Assembly (NCBI GenBank): GCA_963714085.1
Contig: OY970229.1
Coordinates: 160,001-224,000, forward strand
Direction of reading: 5' to 3'
DNA: 64,000 bases
From: an uncultured Candidatus Micrarchaeota archaeon
Lineage (GTDB): Archaea; Micrarchaeota; Micrarchaeia; Anstonellales; Bilamarchaeaceae
Positions within the stretch are counted from its first letter, which is position 1. Every line of letters starts with the position of its first letter. Shown piece after piece: positions 27,451 to 36,540 of the stretch. The notes beneath the pieces are model-generated. The model was given only the letters and a program-made list of their open reading frames with translations, made no database searches and was not told the DNA's origin. The position numbers were made by a program, and so were the translations under genes.

Positions 27451-27636
27451 ACTCGCCCGTCGGACTTGTGAAAACCGGCGGTGTTTGGTCGCTGCGTTTC
27501 CCATGCTCGAAACAGCCGGAACCGGGCCCGGAACGGCCTCGCCGGCGCTTCTTTGCCGCTAGTGTTGTCAATAGTAGTAAAATATATATTTATAAAGGAT
27601 TTGATGCTTATTGTATGTCATCCAAGAGGCGCGTTT

Positions 27637-28068
27637 ATGGGGGAATTAGTTCGTAGGCCAACCAAGCTGGGCGTGCGTTCGCCAGGCGCATCCTTGCCCA
27701 AAGTAGATGCGATCCTGACAAGCAGATTGCTGGATAAGAGCGCCAGCTTAGATGAGATGAGGGCCCGCATAGGAAGGAGCTTCGGGCAAGCGTTGGAGGC
27801 GGTCCCGGACGGGTACAGGCCTGCGGTCGTCGATGCCTTGGCGAACAGGCTCGCGGGCATGGCACGCGAATACGAACGCGCGCCTCAGCCGCAGAAACAG
27901 CACGCGCTGGGGACCGTTCTCATCGCGGTATGCGGTTTTTTTGATGTGGCACACCTTGCAGGGCCCCGGGATATGCCTGAATTGGTGGAGACGGTCTGCG
28001 CCACCATCCAGAATATGGTGGTGGACTTCGGCTATTTCAAGCCGCGATACGAAGGCATCAGGCACTGA
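27637..28068 (+). CDS. Hypothetical protein
   Basis: ATG downstream of a TTTATAAA box; 143 aa. Confidence 0.6.
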   Translation: MGELVRRPTKLGVRSPGASLPKVDAILTSRLLDKSASLDEMRARIGRSFGQALEAVPDGYRPAVVDALANRLAGMAREYERAPQPQKQHALGTVLIAVCGFFDVAHLAGPRDMPELVETVCATIQNMVVDFGYFKPRYEGIRH

Positions 28069-28077
28069 GCCAGAAGA

Positions 28078-28127
28078 TTCTTTTCCTCTCCGTGCCTCTT
28101 GAGGGCTCGGGGGACACGAACGAGTCG
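28078..28127 (-). repeat. Degenerate orphan copy of the atpD 3' tail (copy C)
   Basis: GACACGAACGAGTCGC (28112-28127) is identical to 30464-30479; upstream TTCCTCTC..TGCCTCTT is also shared. Confidence 0.7.
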
Positions 28128-28164
28128 CATGCATTCTTAAACACTTTTATATACATTAGAATCC

Positions 28165-29055
28165 ATGAAACAGGACGTGAGGCGGGGGAAGGAAGTGACC
28201 CAGAAGCCGATGAGGCATCTGGATGCTTCGGTGATAACAGGTTTAGGAGAGAAATACCAGCCCAAAGAGACCGTCATCCCCTGCACGGGCAATGCGATAA
28301 GGTTGGGGGTCGGCGACGGAGCCGTGGGGATGACCGATCATGAGATAATGGACATCCTACGGAAAGACCGCGAATCGGCCGGGATCGACAGATTGCCCCT
28401 TAAGCAAAGAAAGACGCTTGTCGAGTTACGCATCAAATTAAGCAAAGACGGGGCCGGATCGTTCACACCGCAGGAAAGAATGTGGTTACAGCGGTCTATC
28501 CGCCCGGTCCAGGAGGCCGTCAACCCGGAAGAGAGGCAGAGGCGGGATACCCGGGTCGCCGCGTTCCTGGCGTTCTATGATGGCAAGCGATGCGATGAAG
28601 GCGTCTTGAACGATTTTTTCACCCGGGAAGCGATTGAAACGCTGGTAAGCGACGCTTCGGAGGTGCTGGGCCCGTATGGCGTCGGTGAAGAGAAGGCGCG
28701 CGGGTTCGCCCATAGGTGCGGAAGATGCTTCCTGGAGAATTGCCGCGCTATCATAGACGAAGGATTCGAAACCGGCCAGATCACGCGTTCAAACCTGGCC
28801 CGCACGTTGTTTGCCAGATATCTGAATCCGAAACACATGCTGTATTTCCTCGATTACATCCATTTCGGCACAGAGGAGCGTTTCGGCTTCAGCGGGATCC
28901 CCGAGCTGCTCGGACGCGAATTGAAAAATATGACGAAGAAAGATCCCGAAGATATCGAGGGGAAGCTGGAGACCGTCCAGTTCCCGACGAGCCTGTACGC
29001 GCTGCATATCACTGCGTTCAATCCCGGGAGGGGCGGCTCTACAGGGAACAGATAG
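28165..29055 (+). CDS. Hypothetical protein
   Basis: 296-aa ORF with a TTTTATAT box upstream. Confidence 0.7.
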   Translation: MKQDVRRGKEVTQKPMRHLDASVITGLGEKYQPKETVIPCTGNAIRLGVGDGAVGMTDHEIMDILRKDRESAGIDRLPLKQRKTLVELRIKLSKDGAGSFTPQERMWLQRSIRPVQEAVNPEERQRRDTRVAAFLAFYDGKRCDEGVLNDFFTREAIETLVSDASEVLGPYGVGEEKARGFAHRCGRCFLENCRAIIDEGFETGQITRSNLARTLFARYLNPKHMLYFLDYIHFGTEERFGFSGIPELLGRELKNMTKKDPEDIEGKLETVQFPTSLYALHITAFNPGRGGSTGNR

Positions 29056-29063
29056 CGTGAACG

Positions 29064-29087
29064 GCCTTGAGGGAGACGAACGAGTCG
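29064..29087 (-). repeat. Orphan copy of the atpD 3' tail (copy B)
   Basis: GCCTTGAGGGAGACGAACGAGTCG, 22/24 identical to 30455-30478. Confidence 0.8.
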
Positions 29088-29145
29088 GCCGCGGCTTGGG
29101 GAATCGTGGAGCTTACCGATCATATTTCTGTTTTTACCCTGGGCA

Positions 29146-29481
29146 TCATTTGCCAAGAATGGCCTTGACTGCGGTTTCGAGGGCAGGGAGCTTGTTCGTC
29201 ACCACATCCCAGACGATCGCCATGTCCACGGCAGCGTATTCGTGGACGAGGACGTCCCTCAGACCGGATATCTTCTTCCATTCGATGTCCGGATGCTGCT
29301 TTTTGATATCGGCTGGCACGCTTTTCGCGGCTTCGCCTATGATGAGAAGGTTTCTTATCACCGCATCAGACGTGAGGCTGTTTCCAGCGAACGCCTCGAA
29401 GTCCATGCCTTTTGAATATCTGCGTATTTTGCCTGCCGCTTCGAGGATATCCTCGAGATAGACATTATAGTCCTTGGACAT
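29146..29481 (-). CDS. hepT: HepT-like (DUF86/HEPN) ribonuclease toxin
   Basis: IIGEAA, EWKKISGLRDVLVHEY (RX4HXY motif). Confidence 0.92.
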   Translation of the reverse strand: MSKDYNVYLEDILEAAGKIRRYSKGMDFEAFAGNSLTSDAVIRNLLIIGEAAKSVPADIKKQHPDIEWKKISGLRDVLVHEYAAVDMAIVWDVVTNKLPALETAVKAILGK

Positions 29482-29755
29482 AAAGCGCCTCTTCTTTCAC
29501 GTAGCTGAGAGCGGGCTTCAGACTGCTTTCCATCACCAGGTCCACTTTCCGGTGGAACAGGCGTTCAAGGAAGAATTTAAGCTCCATGTAGTTGTCGAAT
29601 GTCGCGGTCCTGAAGGAGACCAGGAAATCCAGGTCGCTGCCCTTCTTCTCCGTGCCTTTGAGCACCGAGCCGAAGAGCCCTATCTGCTTGACTTCGTATC
29701 TCCTTATCTCCTCTTTGTGCTCTTCGAGCGTCTGCACTATTCGTTTCGGAGTCAT
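29465..29755 (-). CDS. mntA: MNT-family minimal nucleotidyltransferase antitoxin
   Basis: LFGSVLKGTEKKGSDLDFLV (GSX10DXD) and RKVDLV; overlaps the HepT gene. Confidence 0.92.
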   Translation of the reverse strand: MTPKRIVQTLEEHKEEIRRYEVKQIGLFGSVLKGTEKKGSDLDFLVSFRTATFDNYMELKFFLERLFHRKVDLVMESSLKPALSYVKEEALYVQGL

Positions 29756-29849
29756 TGCTCGCACGCGTTTCATGGATAAAGATTGCACTTCAAGCATTAA
29801 AAAGGACTCCGGTTTCCGCTCCCGCAAGCGGGCCTTGCTTTTGCGGCGT

Positions 29850-29904
29850 TCAGCCGGCCTTCTTCTCGAGTTGCCTCTTTATTGACTTGAGGGAGACGAA
29901 CGAG
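29850..29904 (-). repeat. Orphan copy of the atpD 3' tail (copy A), reads SFVSLKSIKRQLEKKAG*
   Basis: 29864-29904 is 37/41 identical to 30435-30475; 3 of the 4 differences are synonymous. Confidence 0.92.
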
Positions 29905-29994
29905 CCGGCCGAGCATCGCTCTCGCCTTAAAGGCCAGGCCCTCGTTCACGCGCAGTGGCAACCGTTTATAATAATTCGATTCGTACTACCCTCC

Positions 29995-30405
29995 ATGAGG
30001 ATCTACATCTGCTGCAGCAAGCACTTCTACCACCTGATAGCTCCGATAAAGGGAAAGCTCGAAGAGCGGGGCCATGCGGTGACCCTTCCCAACAGCTACG
30101 ACGAGCCGTTCAAGGAGGAGGAGATGAAGAAGCAGGGGAAAGCGGCGCACGTGGCGTGGAAGGCGGGCATGATAAGGATGCAGGACCCGAAGGTGCGGGC
30201 GAATGACGCGGTGCTGGTGCTGAACTTCGAGAAAAACGGGGTCAAGAACTATATCGGCGGGGCAACTTTCCTGGAAATCTTCATGGCGTTCCAGCTCGGG
30301 AAGAGGATATTCCTCTACAACCCGGTGCCGGACAATATTTTCCGGGACGAGCTGGTCGCGATGGACCCCGTCCTGATAGAGGGGGACCTGTCGCGGATAA
30401 GATAG
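29995..30405 (+). CDS. Nucleoside 2-deoxyribosyltransferase-like protein
   Basis: MRIYICCS and DAVLVLN...YIGGATFLEIFMAFQLGKRIFL motifs. Confidence 0.7.
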   Translation: MRIYICCSKHFYHLIAPIKGKLEERGHAVTLPNSYDEPFKEEEMKKQGKAAHVAWKAGMIRMQDPKVRANDAVLVLNFEKNGVKNYIGGATFLEIFMAFQLGKRIFLYNPVPDNIFRDELVAMDPVLIEGDLSRIR

Positions 30406-30408
30406 CCC

Positions 30409-31062
30409 TCAGCCGTTCTTCTCCTTCTTCTTCCTCTCGAGCTGCCTCTTTATTGCCTTGAGCGACACGAACGAGTCGCGCTCCATCTCGTCCAGCCTGA
30501 AGGATATCATGAGCCTGGTCTCGTCCAGCTGGGGTATGAGCACGAACTCGAGCGCATTGACTCTTCTCTTTGTCTTCTCGATCTCCACGATGAGCTTCTT
30601 CATCGCGGTCTCGCTCTCGGCCAGCTTGATGACGAGTTTGAGGACGTCGTCGAACTTCTCCACGCCCTGGTCTATCTTGGCAGAGGTCGATGCGACGGAG
30701 TAGGTCGGCAGCTCTATGAAGCGCGTGGATGCCATCTGGGTCGTCAGGTACGGTATCTTCACGCCCATGACGTTCTTGACCTCGATGTCTATGTCGATGT
30801 CCTTCCTGAGGTTGAGCGACACCGAGCCCAGCTCCCACGACGGATGATAGGTGCCGGCCAGCGATACCGCTGCGTAGCCCTCTTTCATCTTGACCCCGAG
30901 CTCGCCGCGCAGGTCCTGGGCCTTCTTGAGTATCTTGAAGAACTCCAGGATGAGCGCGTCCCTCTTCTGCTTGAGCAATTTATGCCCCTTCTTGGCCAGG
31001 GCTATGCGCTCCTTGATCTTTATGAGCTCCATGCGCGTCGGGTTGACGTCGAGTACCGCCAT
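30409..31062 (-). CDS. atpD: A/V-type ATP synthase subunit D
   Basis: NPTRMEL, GHKLLKQKRDAL and KTKRRVNALE motifs. Confidence 0.97.
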   Translation of the reverse strand: MAVLDVNPTRMELIKIKERIALAKKGHKLLKQKRDALILEFFKILKKAQDLRGELGVKMKEGYAAVSLAGTYHPSWELGSVSLNLRKDIDIDIEVKNVMGVKIPYLTTQMASTRFIELPTYSVASTSAKIDQGVEKFDDVLKLVIKLAESETAMKKLIVEIEKTKRRVNALEFVLIPQLDETRLMISFRLDEMERDSFVSLKAIKRQLERKKKEKNG

Positions 31063-32462
31063 TATTTCTTCTCCTCCGATGGCTCGCCTTTCCGCTTCAT
31101 GTACTTGGCGATGTGCTCCTTCTTCACCCTCTTGAGCTCGCTGTCAGGCATTATGGACAGCAGGTCCCATGAGATGTCGAGCGTCTTCTCTATGTCCCTG
31201 TCCTCGTACGGCCCCTGCTGGACGAACCTCTTCTCGAAATCGTCGGCCAGGCGCAGGAACTTCCTGTCGGTTTCAGTGAGCGCCTCCTCGCCGACCACGG
31301 CCGAGAGCGACCGCAGGTCACGGCCCGCGGCGTATCCTGCGTAGAGCTGGTCGGCCACTCCCTTGTGGTCCTCGCGGGTCTTGCCCGCGCCGATGCCCAG
31401 GTTCATGAGCCTGGACAATGAGGGCAATACATCAACAGGCGGATAGATGTTCTTCCTGTGCAGGTCCCTTGAGAGGATTATCTGCCCCTCGGTGATGTAA
31501 CCCGTGAGGTCGGGGATCGGGTGCGTCTTGTCGTCCCCGGGCATGGTCAGGATGGGCAGTTGCGTCACCGAGCCCTTGCTTCCGCGCACACGCCCCGCCC
31601 TTTCATAGATGGTGGAGAGGTCCGTGTACATGTAGCCCGGATAGCCCCGCCTTCCCGGCACCTCCTGCCTCGCCGAGGATATCTCACGCAGAGCCTCGCA
31701 GTAGTTCGTGAGGTCCGTGAGCAGCACCAGCGTGTGCATCCCCATCTCGTAAGCCAGGTATTCGGCTGTGGTCAATGCGAGCCTTGGCGTGATGATGCGC
31801 TCCACAGAAGGGTCGTCGGCCAGGTTCAAAAACAGCACCGCGTTCTCCAGCGCTCCGGTCTTCTCGAAATCCCTGATGAAGAACGAGGCCTCCTCGTGCG
31901 TGATGCCTATGGCGGCGAAGATCACCGCGAACTTCTCGCCCGAACCGCGCACCTTGGCCTGCCGCGCTATCTGCACCGCCAGCTGGTTGTGCGGAAGCCC
32001 TGAGCCCGAGAAGATGGGCAGCTTCTGCCCTCTGACCAGCGTGTTCATGCCGTCTATGGTCGATATTCCGGTCTGGATGAACTCCGCCGGGGTCTCACGC
32101 GAATACGGATTGATGGGCAGTCCCGAGATGTCCACCCGCTCCTTGGGGATTATCTTCGGGCCCTTGTCCCTGGGCTCGCCGAGGCCGTTGAACGCGCGGC
32201 CGAGCATGTCGGTGCTGAGCCCGAGCTGCATGGTCTCCCCGAGGAACCGCACCGTGGTCTGCGACGTGGATATCCCGGTGGTCGGACCGAACACCTGGAC
32301 CACGGCGACCTTCTCGCCGACATCCAGCACCTGCCCCTTGCGGCGCTCGCCGTCGGGGAGGATTATCTCGACTATCTCGTTGTAGCCGACGCCCGTGACC
32401 TTGTCCACGAAGACCAGCGGACCCGCTATCTCGCTTATCGTCTGGTATTCCTTCAGCATCAT
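31062..32462 (-). CDS. atpB: A/V-type ATP synthase subunit B
   Basis: [30 protein letters not shown] and [14 protein letters not shown] motifs. Confidence 0.98.
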   Translation of the reverse strand: MMLKEYQTISEIAGPLVFVDKVTGVGYNEIVEIILPDGERRKGQVLDVGEKVAVVQVFGPTTGISTSQTTVRFLGETMQLGLSTDMLGRAFNGLGEPRDKGPKIIPKERVDISGLPINPYSRETPAEFIQTGISTIDGMNTLVRGQKLPIFSGSGLPHNQLAVQIARQAKVRGSGEKFAVIFAAIGITHEEASFFIRDFEKTGALENAVLFLNLADDPSVERIITPRLALTTAEYLAYEMGMHTLVLLTDLTNYCEALREISSARQEVPGRRGYPGYMYTDLSTIYERAGRVRGSKGSVTQLPILTMPGDDKTHPIPDLTGYITEGQIILSRDLHRKNIYPPVDVLPSLSRLMNLGIGAGKTREDHKGVADQLYAGYAAGRDLRSLSAVVGEEALTETDRKFLRLADDFEKRFVQQGPYEDRDIEKTLDISWDLLSIMPDSELKRVKKEHIAKYMKRKGEPSEEKK

Positions 32463-32464
32463 AA

Positions 32465-34225
32465 TCACCTTGTCTTGATGAGCTCCTCGAACTCGCTGTC
32501 CATGTCCTTGTGCAGCTTGTCGAACTCCTCCATCTTCGTCTCGGGTATCTCCTTCATGCGCCCTATGCGCACGATGCACGGGAGGCCGGACACCTTCTTG
32601 AGCTGTATGCCCAGGTCGAGCGCTCCCTTGGCCCTCTCGTGGAACTTGAGGATGGACTTGAGCATCACGTACTGCTTCTTCAATCCGGATTTCGCGTCCA
32701 CGTCCGAGAACGCGTTCTGCTGGAGATAGTCCTCACGCAGCATCTTCGTCACCAGCAGTATCGCCTGCTCCTTCTCCGGTAAAGCGTCCGGCCCGACCAG
32801 CTGGACCACTTCCTGCAGCTCGGCCTCCTTCTGCAGCAGCGCCATGGCGGTTTTGACCAGGCCCGGAAAATCCGATGAGACGTTCTCGACCAGGTACTCC
32901 TCCAGCGTGTCGTTGTAGAGCGAGTAGCTTTTCAGCCAGTTGATGGCGGGGAAGTGCCTCCTGTACGCGAGCGGCGCGTCCAGGGCGAGGAACACCTTGG
33001 TCACACGCAGCGTGTTCTGCGACACTGGCTCGGATATGTCCCCTCCTGGCGGTGAAACCGCGCCGATTATCGTTACAGAGCCGTAGCGCTCGTCGGAACC
33101 CAAGGTCCTCACACGCCCGGCCCGCTCGTAGAACTCGGCCAGCCTCCTCGCCAGGTAAGCCGGATAGCCTTCCTCTCCAGGCATCTCCTCCAGCCTGCCC
33201 CCGATCTCACGCATGGCCTCTGCCCACCTCGATGTGGAGTCTGCCATGAGCGCGACGTCGTAGCCCATGTCCCTGTAGTATTCAGCAAGAGTTATTCCGG
33301 TGTAGATCGAAGCCTCACGCGCTGCAACAGGCATGTTGGACGTGTTCGCGATGAGCACGGTCCGTTCCATGAGCGGCTTGCCTGATTTCGGGTCTATCAG
33401 GTGCGGGAATTCCTTGAGCACCTCGGTCATCTCGTTGCCTCGTTCGCCGCAGCCGACATAGACGACTATCTGAGTGTCGGAATATTTGGCGAGCGCCTGC
33501 TGCGTGACGGTTTTCCCGCTCCCGAACGGCCCTGGTATGCAAGCAGTGCCTCCCTTGGCTATCGGGAAGAACGTGTCTATCACCCTCTGCCCGGTCACCA
33601 GCGGGATGATGGGCGGGAACTTCTCTATGCACGGCCTGGACTTCCTCACGAACCATTTCTGGTAGAGCATGATGGGCTTGGTCTTGGCCTCGAACTCGAT
33701 CGCTCCGACCGGATCGTCCACCGTGAAGCTGCCCGCGGATATCTCCTTTATCTTGCCCTCGTAGGCGGAGAGCACCCTGTGCTCTATGAGCTCGGTCTCC
33801 TGCACCGTGCCGAGTATGTCGCCGACCTTGACCTTGTCGCCCTTCTTCACTTTCGGCTTGAACTCCCATTTCACGGTGCGGTCGAGGGGAGAGACCTGTA
33901 TGCCCCTCTTGATGAACACGCCCTTGGAAGCCTCCTCTATGCGCTTGAGCGGCCTCTGGATCCCGTCGTAGATGCTTTTCAGCACGCCCGGGCCGAGCTC
34001 GACCGAGAGCGGCTCGCCCGTGGTCTCCACCGGCTCCCCGGGCTTGAGGCCCGAGGTGTCCTCGTAGACCTGGATGACCGAGGTGTCGCCCACTATCTTG
34101 ATTATCTCTCCCGTGAGCCGGGAATCGCCGACCTTCACCACGTCGTAGAGCCTGGCGCCTTCGACCATCGCCTCAACGACCGGTCCGGATATCCTCCGGA
34201 TATAGCCTCCCTTCTTGTTAGCCAT
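32465..34225 (-). CDS. atpA: A/V-type ATP synthase subunit A
   Basis: [17 protein letters not shown] and [13 protein letters not shown] motifs; no intein. Confidence 0.98.
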   Translation of the reverse strand: MANKKGGYIRRISGPVVEAMVEGARLYDVVKVGDSRLTGEIIKIVGDTSVIQVYEDTSGLKPGEPVETTGEPLSVELGPGVLKSIYDGIQRPLKRIEEASKGVFIKRGIQVSPLDRTVKWEFKPKVKKGDKVKVGDILGTVQETELIEHRVLSAYEGKIKEISAGSFTVDDPVGAIEFEAKTKPIMLYQKWFVRKSRPCIEKFPPIIPLVTGQRVIDTFFPIAKGGTACIPGPFGSGKTVTQQALAKYSDTQIVVYVGCGERGNEMTEVLKEFPHLIDPKSGKPLMERTVLIANTSNMPVAAREASIYTGITLAEYYRDMGYDVALMADSTSRWAEAMREIGGRLEEMPGEEGYPAYLARRLAEFYERAGRVRTLGSDERYGSVTIIGAVSPPGGDISEPVSQNTLRVTKVFLALDAPLAYRRHFPAINWLKSYSLYNDTLEEYLVENVSSDFPGLVKTAMALLQKEAELQEVVQLVGPDALPEKEQAILLVTKMLREDYLQQNAFSDVDAKSGLKKQYVMLKSILKFHERAKGALDLGIQLKKVSGLPCIVRIGRMKEIPETKMEEFDKLHKDMDSEFEELIKTR

Positions 34226-34244
34226 GTGTAATCACCGTCAAGCA

Positions 34245-34568
34245 TCATTTCTTCGCCGAGAGGTCGAAACCGAGCGCCCGCTTTATCAGGCTCCTTATCT
34301 CGTCGCCCTCAACGCTCGCGCCGGACACGTCAGGCATCGGTATCACGACCGGGTATGCCATGCTGTCCAGCTTCTTCCGCAGCCTCCAGTCTATGCCGTT
34401 GAACATCTGCTCGTTCACCACGAGTATACCGTACTCCGGCTTGGCGAGGACGTCCTCGAGCTCCTTCTGGAAACCGTCCCTGGTGGTCTGGACGCAGTCC
34501 TCGAGCCCCGCGAGCCGGAAGCCGGTCACGAGGGGCGCGTCCCCGATCACCATCATCTTGGCCTTCAT
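34245..34568 (-). CDS. atpF: A/V-type ATP synthase subunit F
   Basis: VIGDAPLVTGFRLAG and IKRALGFDL motifs. Confidence 0.93.
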   Translation of the reverse strand: MKAKMMVIGDAPLVTGFRLAGLEDCVQTTRDGFQKELEDVLAKPEYGILVVNEQMFNGIDWRLRKKLDSMAYPVVIPMPDVSGASVEGDEIRSLIKRALGFDLSAKK

Positions 34569-35659
34569 GAGACAGTCACCAGCATCTCCTTTATCTCCCT
34601 CTCCGGGAGCCCGAACTCCTTGCCCTTGGCTATCTTCCGGAGGTTGTGCAGCTCCTCCTCCTTGAGCAGCAGTATGCACAGTATCGAGCCTATGGACAGT
34701 ATGGACCTGTGGAACGCCACGGACTTCTCCGCGGCCACCGCCTTCTCCAGCGCGATCTCGAGGTCCGGCAGTTTCACTTCGCCCTCTTTCAGCTCGAGCC
34801 TCCTGAACTTGGACTTGGCCAGCGACACCGCGGCCGAGAGGTCCTTCGCGTCGATCAGCGAGCGGATGAAGGCCGGGCTCAGGGTGCCGCCGTGTATGAT
34901 GTAGTTCTGTATCCTCTCAGGCTCGAAGCCGTAGGACTTGAGCCGCTCCACTATCAGTATGTTCTTCGCGTCTATCTCGCTCTCCAGCAGCCTTCTGACC
35001 AGGCGGATGTCCTTCCCGTGCACCTCGCTGAGCGCCTTGTGCATGAAAAGGTACGTGTACGCGTCCAGGATGGTGCCGAGCTGCACGAACATGTCCATGT
35101 TCTTGAGCGCGTTCCTGAAGGTGTCCCACATCTGCCTGGAGAAGTCCGCGGTCGAGAGCGCGAGCATCTCGGAGCCGACCGCGGTCCGCTTTATCTCGTT
35201 GAACAGCTGGTCCTTGTCCGCGCCCGCGATGCGCTCGAAATCCTCCTCCGTGAAGCCCCCGACCGGGAACAGGTACGGCCTTATCTCCTTGTAGGGCTTG
35301 TTCAGCCGCCTGCCGTTCACTATGGTCTTGAGGTTCATGATGTCCCATTTCCGGAGCAGCGCCTTCACGGCCGGCAGGTCGTCCTTGGGCGTGATGCGCC
35401 GGAGTTTGGCCACCATGCGCATGAAGTTCCTGCTGCCCGCGAACTCGACCAGGTGCGAGCCCGAATGGTCTATGGACACGGCGACCAGGTCGTCGCGGTA
35501 GACCGTGCGCTGGAGCAGCTCGACCATGGCGTCCACGGTCTGGACCTTTATCATCTCGTCCAGCGCCGCGCTTTTGAGCAGGTCTCCCTTCATGGCCTTG
35601 GCTCGCGCATTCGAGTACCCGTACTTGAGCGCCGCGCTCTCTATCTTCGGAATCTTCAT
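34565..35659 (-). CDS. atpC: A/V-type ATP synthase subunit C
   Basis: YGYSNARAKAMKGDLL, WDIMNLKT and EIDAKNI motifs; operon position. Confidence 0.93.
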   Translation of the reverse strand: MKIPKIESAALKYGYSNARAKAMKGDLLKSAALDEMIKVQTVDAMVELLQRTVYRDDLVAVSIDHSGSHLVEFAGSRNFMRMVAKLRRITPKDDLPAVKALLRKWDIMNLKTIVNGRRLNKPYKEIRPYLFPVGGFTEEDFERIAGADKDQLFNEIKRTAVGSEMLALSTADFSRQMWDTFRNALKNMDMFVQLGTILDAYTYLFMHKALSEVHGKDIRLVRRLLESEIDAKNILIVERLKSYGFEPERIQNYIIHGGTLSPAFIRSLIDAKDLSAAVSLAKSKFRRLELKEGEVKLPDLEIALEKAVAAEKSVAFHRSILSIGSILCILLLKEEELHNLRKIAKGKEFGLPEREIKEMLVTVS

Positions 35660-35662
35660 AGC

Positions 35663-36229
35663 TCAACCCTTGCTGAAAAGCATGTCGTGGACATCCTTCC
35701 TCAGGCCGTCCTTCTTGAGCTCGAAAAGCGTCTCGAGCCTCAGGTCGATCCTGACCGAGCGGTCCTGCGACTCCACTATCGCGCCGCCGAGCCCCTCGAG
35801 GTCGGCCACGACCTGGCAGCCGTGGAGCTTCCCGAGGATGGCGGAGTCGGATTTCGCGACGTGCACCGTGCCGCCGCCGAGCTCCTTGGCCGCCTCGGCG
35901 ACCGACTTCTCCAGGAACGACTTGTAGGACGCTCCTTTGCGCGCGTCCTTCAATGCGTCGAAGAAGCCCTCCAGGTTGTTGGTTATGGCATCCTCCCTGG
36001 CCTCGGCCATGATGCGCTTGGCCTCCAGCCTCGCCCAGGCCAGCCGCTCGTTGCGCTGCGCCTCGAGCCTGGCCTTCACCTCGGCCGACGCCTTCCCCTT
36101 GAGCTCGTCCTCCTTGGACTGCTCGTCTTTTAGCATCTGGTCCACGTGCGACTGCGCGGCCTTCACGATCTCGCTGGCACCCTGGTTCGCCTCGCCCACG
36201 AGGGAACCGGTCAGTTTCTCTATTCCCAT
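35663..36229 (-). CDS. atpE: A/V-type ATP synthase subunit E
   Basis: MGIEKL coiled coil and GLGGAIVES motif; operon position. Confidence 0.92.
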   Translation of the reverse strand: MGIEKLTGSLVGEANQGASEIVKAAQSHVDQMLKDEQSKEDELKGKASAEVKARLEAQRNERLAWARLEAKRIMAEAREDAITNNLEGFFDALKDARKGASYKSFLEKSVAEAAKELGGGTVHVAKSDSAILGKLHGCQVVADLEGLGGAIVESQDRSVRIDLRLETLFELKKDGLRKDVHDMLFSKG

Positions 36230-36250
36230 TCACAAAACCCCGTTCGAGGT

Positions 36251-36517
36251 TTAGTGTCCGGCGACCGAGCCCGTCAGCATTATGGCTATGATGAACCCGA
36301 GGATGACCAGCACTTCGGGAAGCGCGATGTATATCAGGATGCTCTTCTCGAACTCCGGCCTCTCGGCCACCACGCCGAGCGCCGCCGCGCCCAGCGTCCC
36401 CTGGGACCATGCCGCCGCTATTGCGGATATCCCGATAGCCAATCCAGCGCCGAGCGCCGCGCCCGCGCCAGTCGTCAAACCACTTGCCGCACTTGCCACA
36501 GTTGTTGCATCTGCCAT
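36251..36517 (-). CDS. atpK: A/V-type ATP synthase proteolipid subunit K (single hairpin)
   Basis: GAGLAIGISAIAAAWSQG and IALPEVLVILG motifs. Confidence 0.95.
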   Translation of the reverse strand: MADATTVASAASGLTTGAGAALGAGLAIGISAIAAAWSQGTLGAAALGVVAERPEFEKSILIYIALPEVLVILGFIIAIMLTGSVAGH

Positions 36518-36540
36518 TTCATTTCACCTCTCATATATTC

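Noticed and set aside
28078..30480. Repeated GAxACGAACGAG motif as a CRISPR array
   Set aside because: Spacing is hundreds of bp with whole genes between, the motif is atpD coding sequence, and no cas genes are present.
34646..36410. Long alternative-frame ORFs (34646-36133, 34917-36410, also 6360-7571 and 47584-48972)
   Set aside because: Shadow ORFs of GC-rich genes with clear identities in another frame; no motifs and biased composition.
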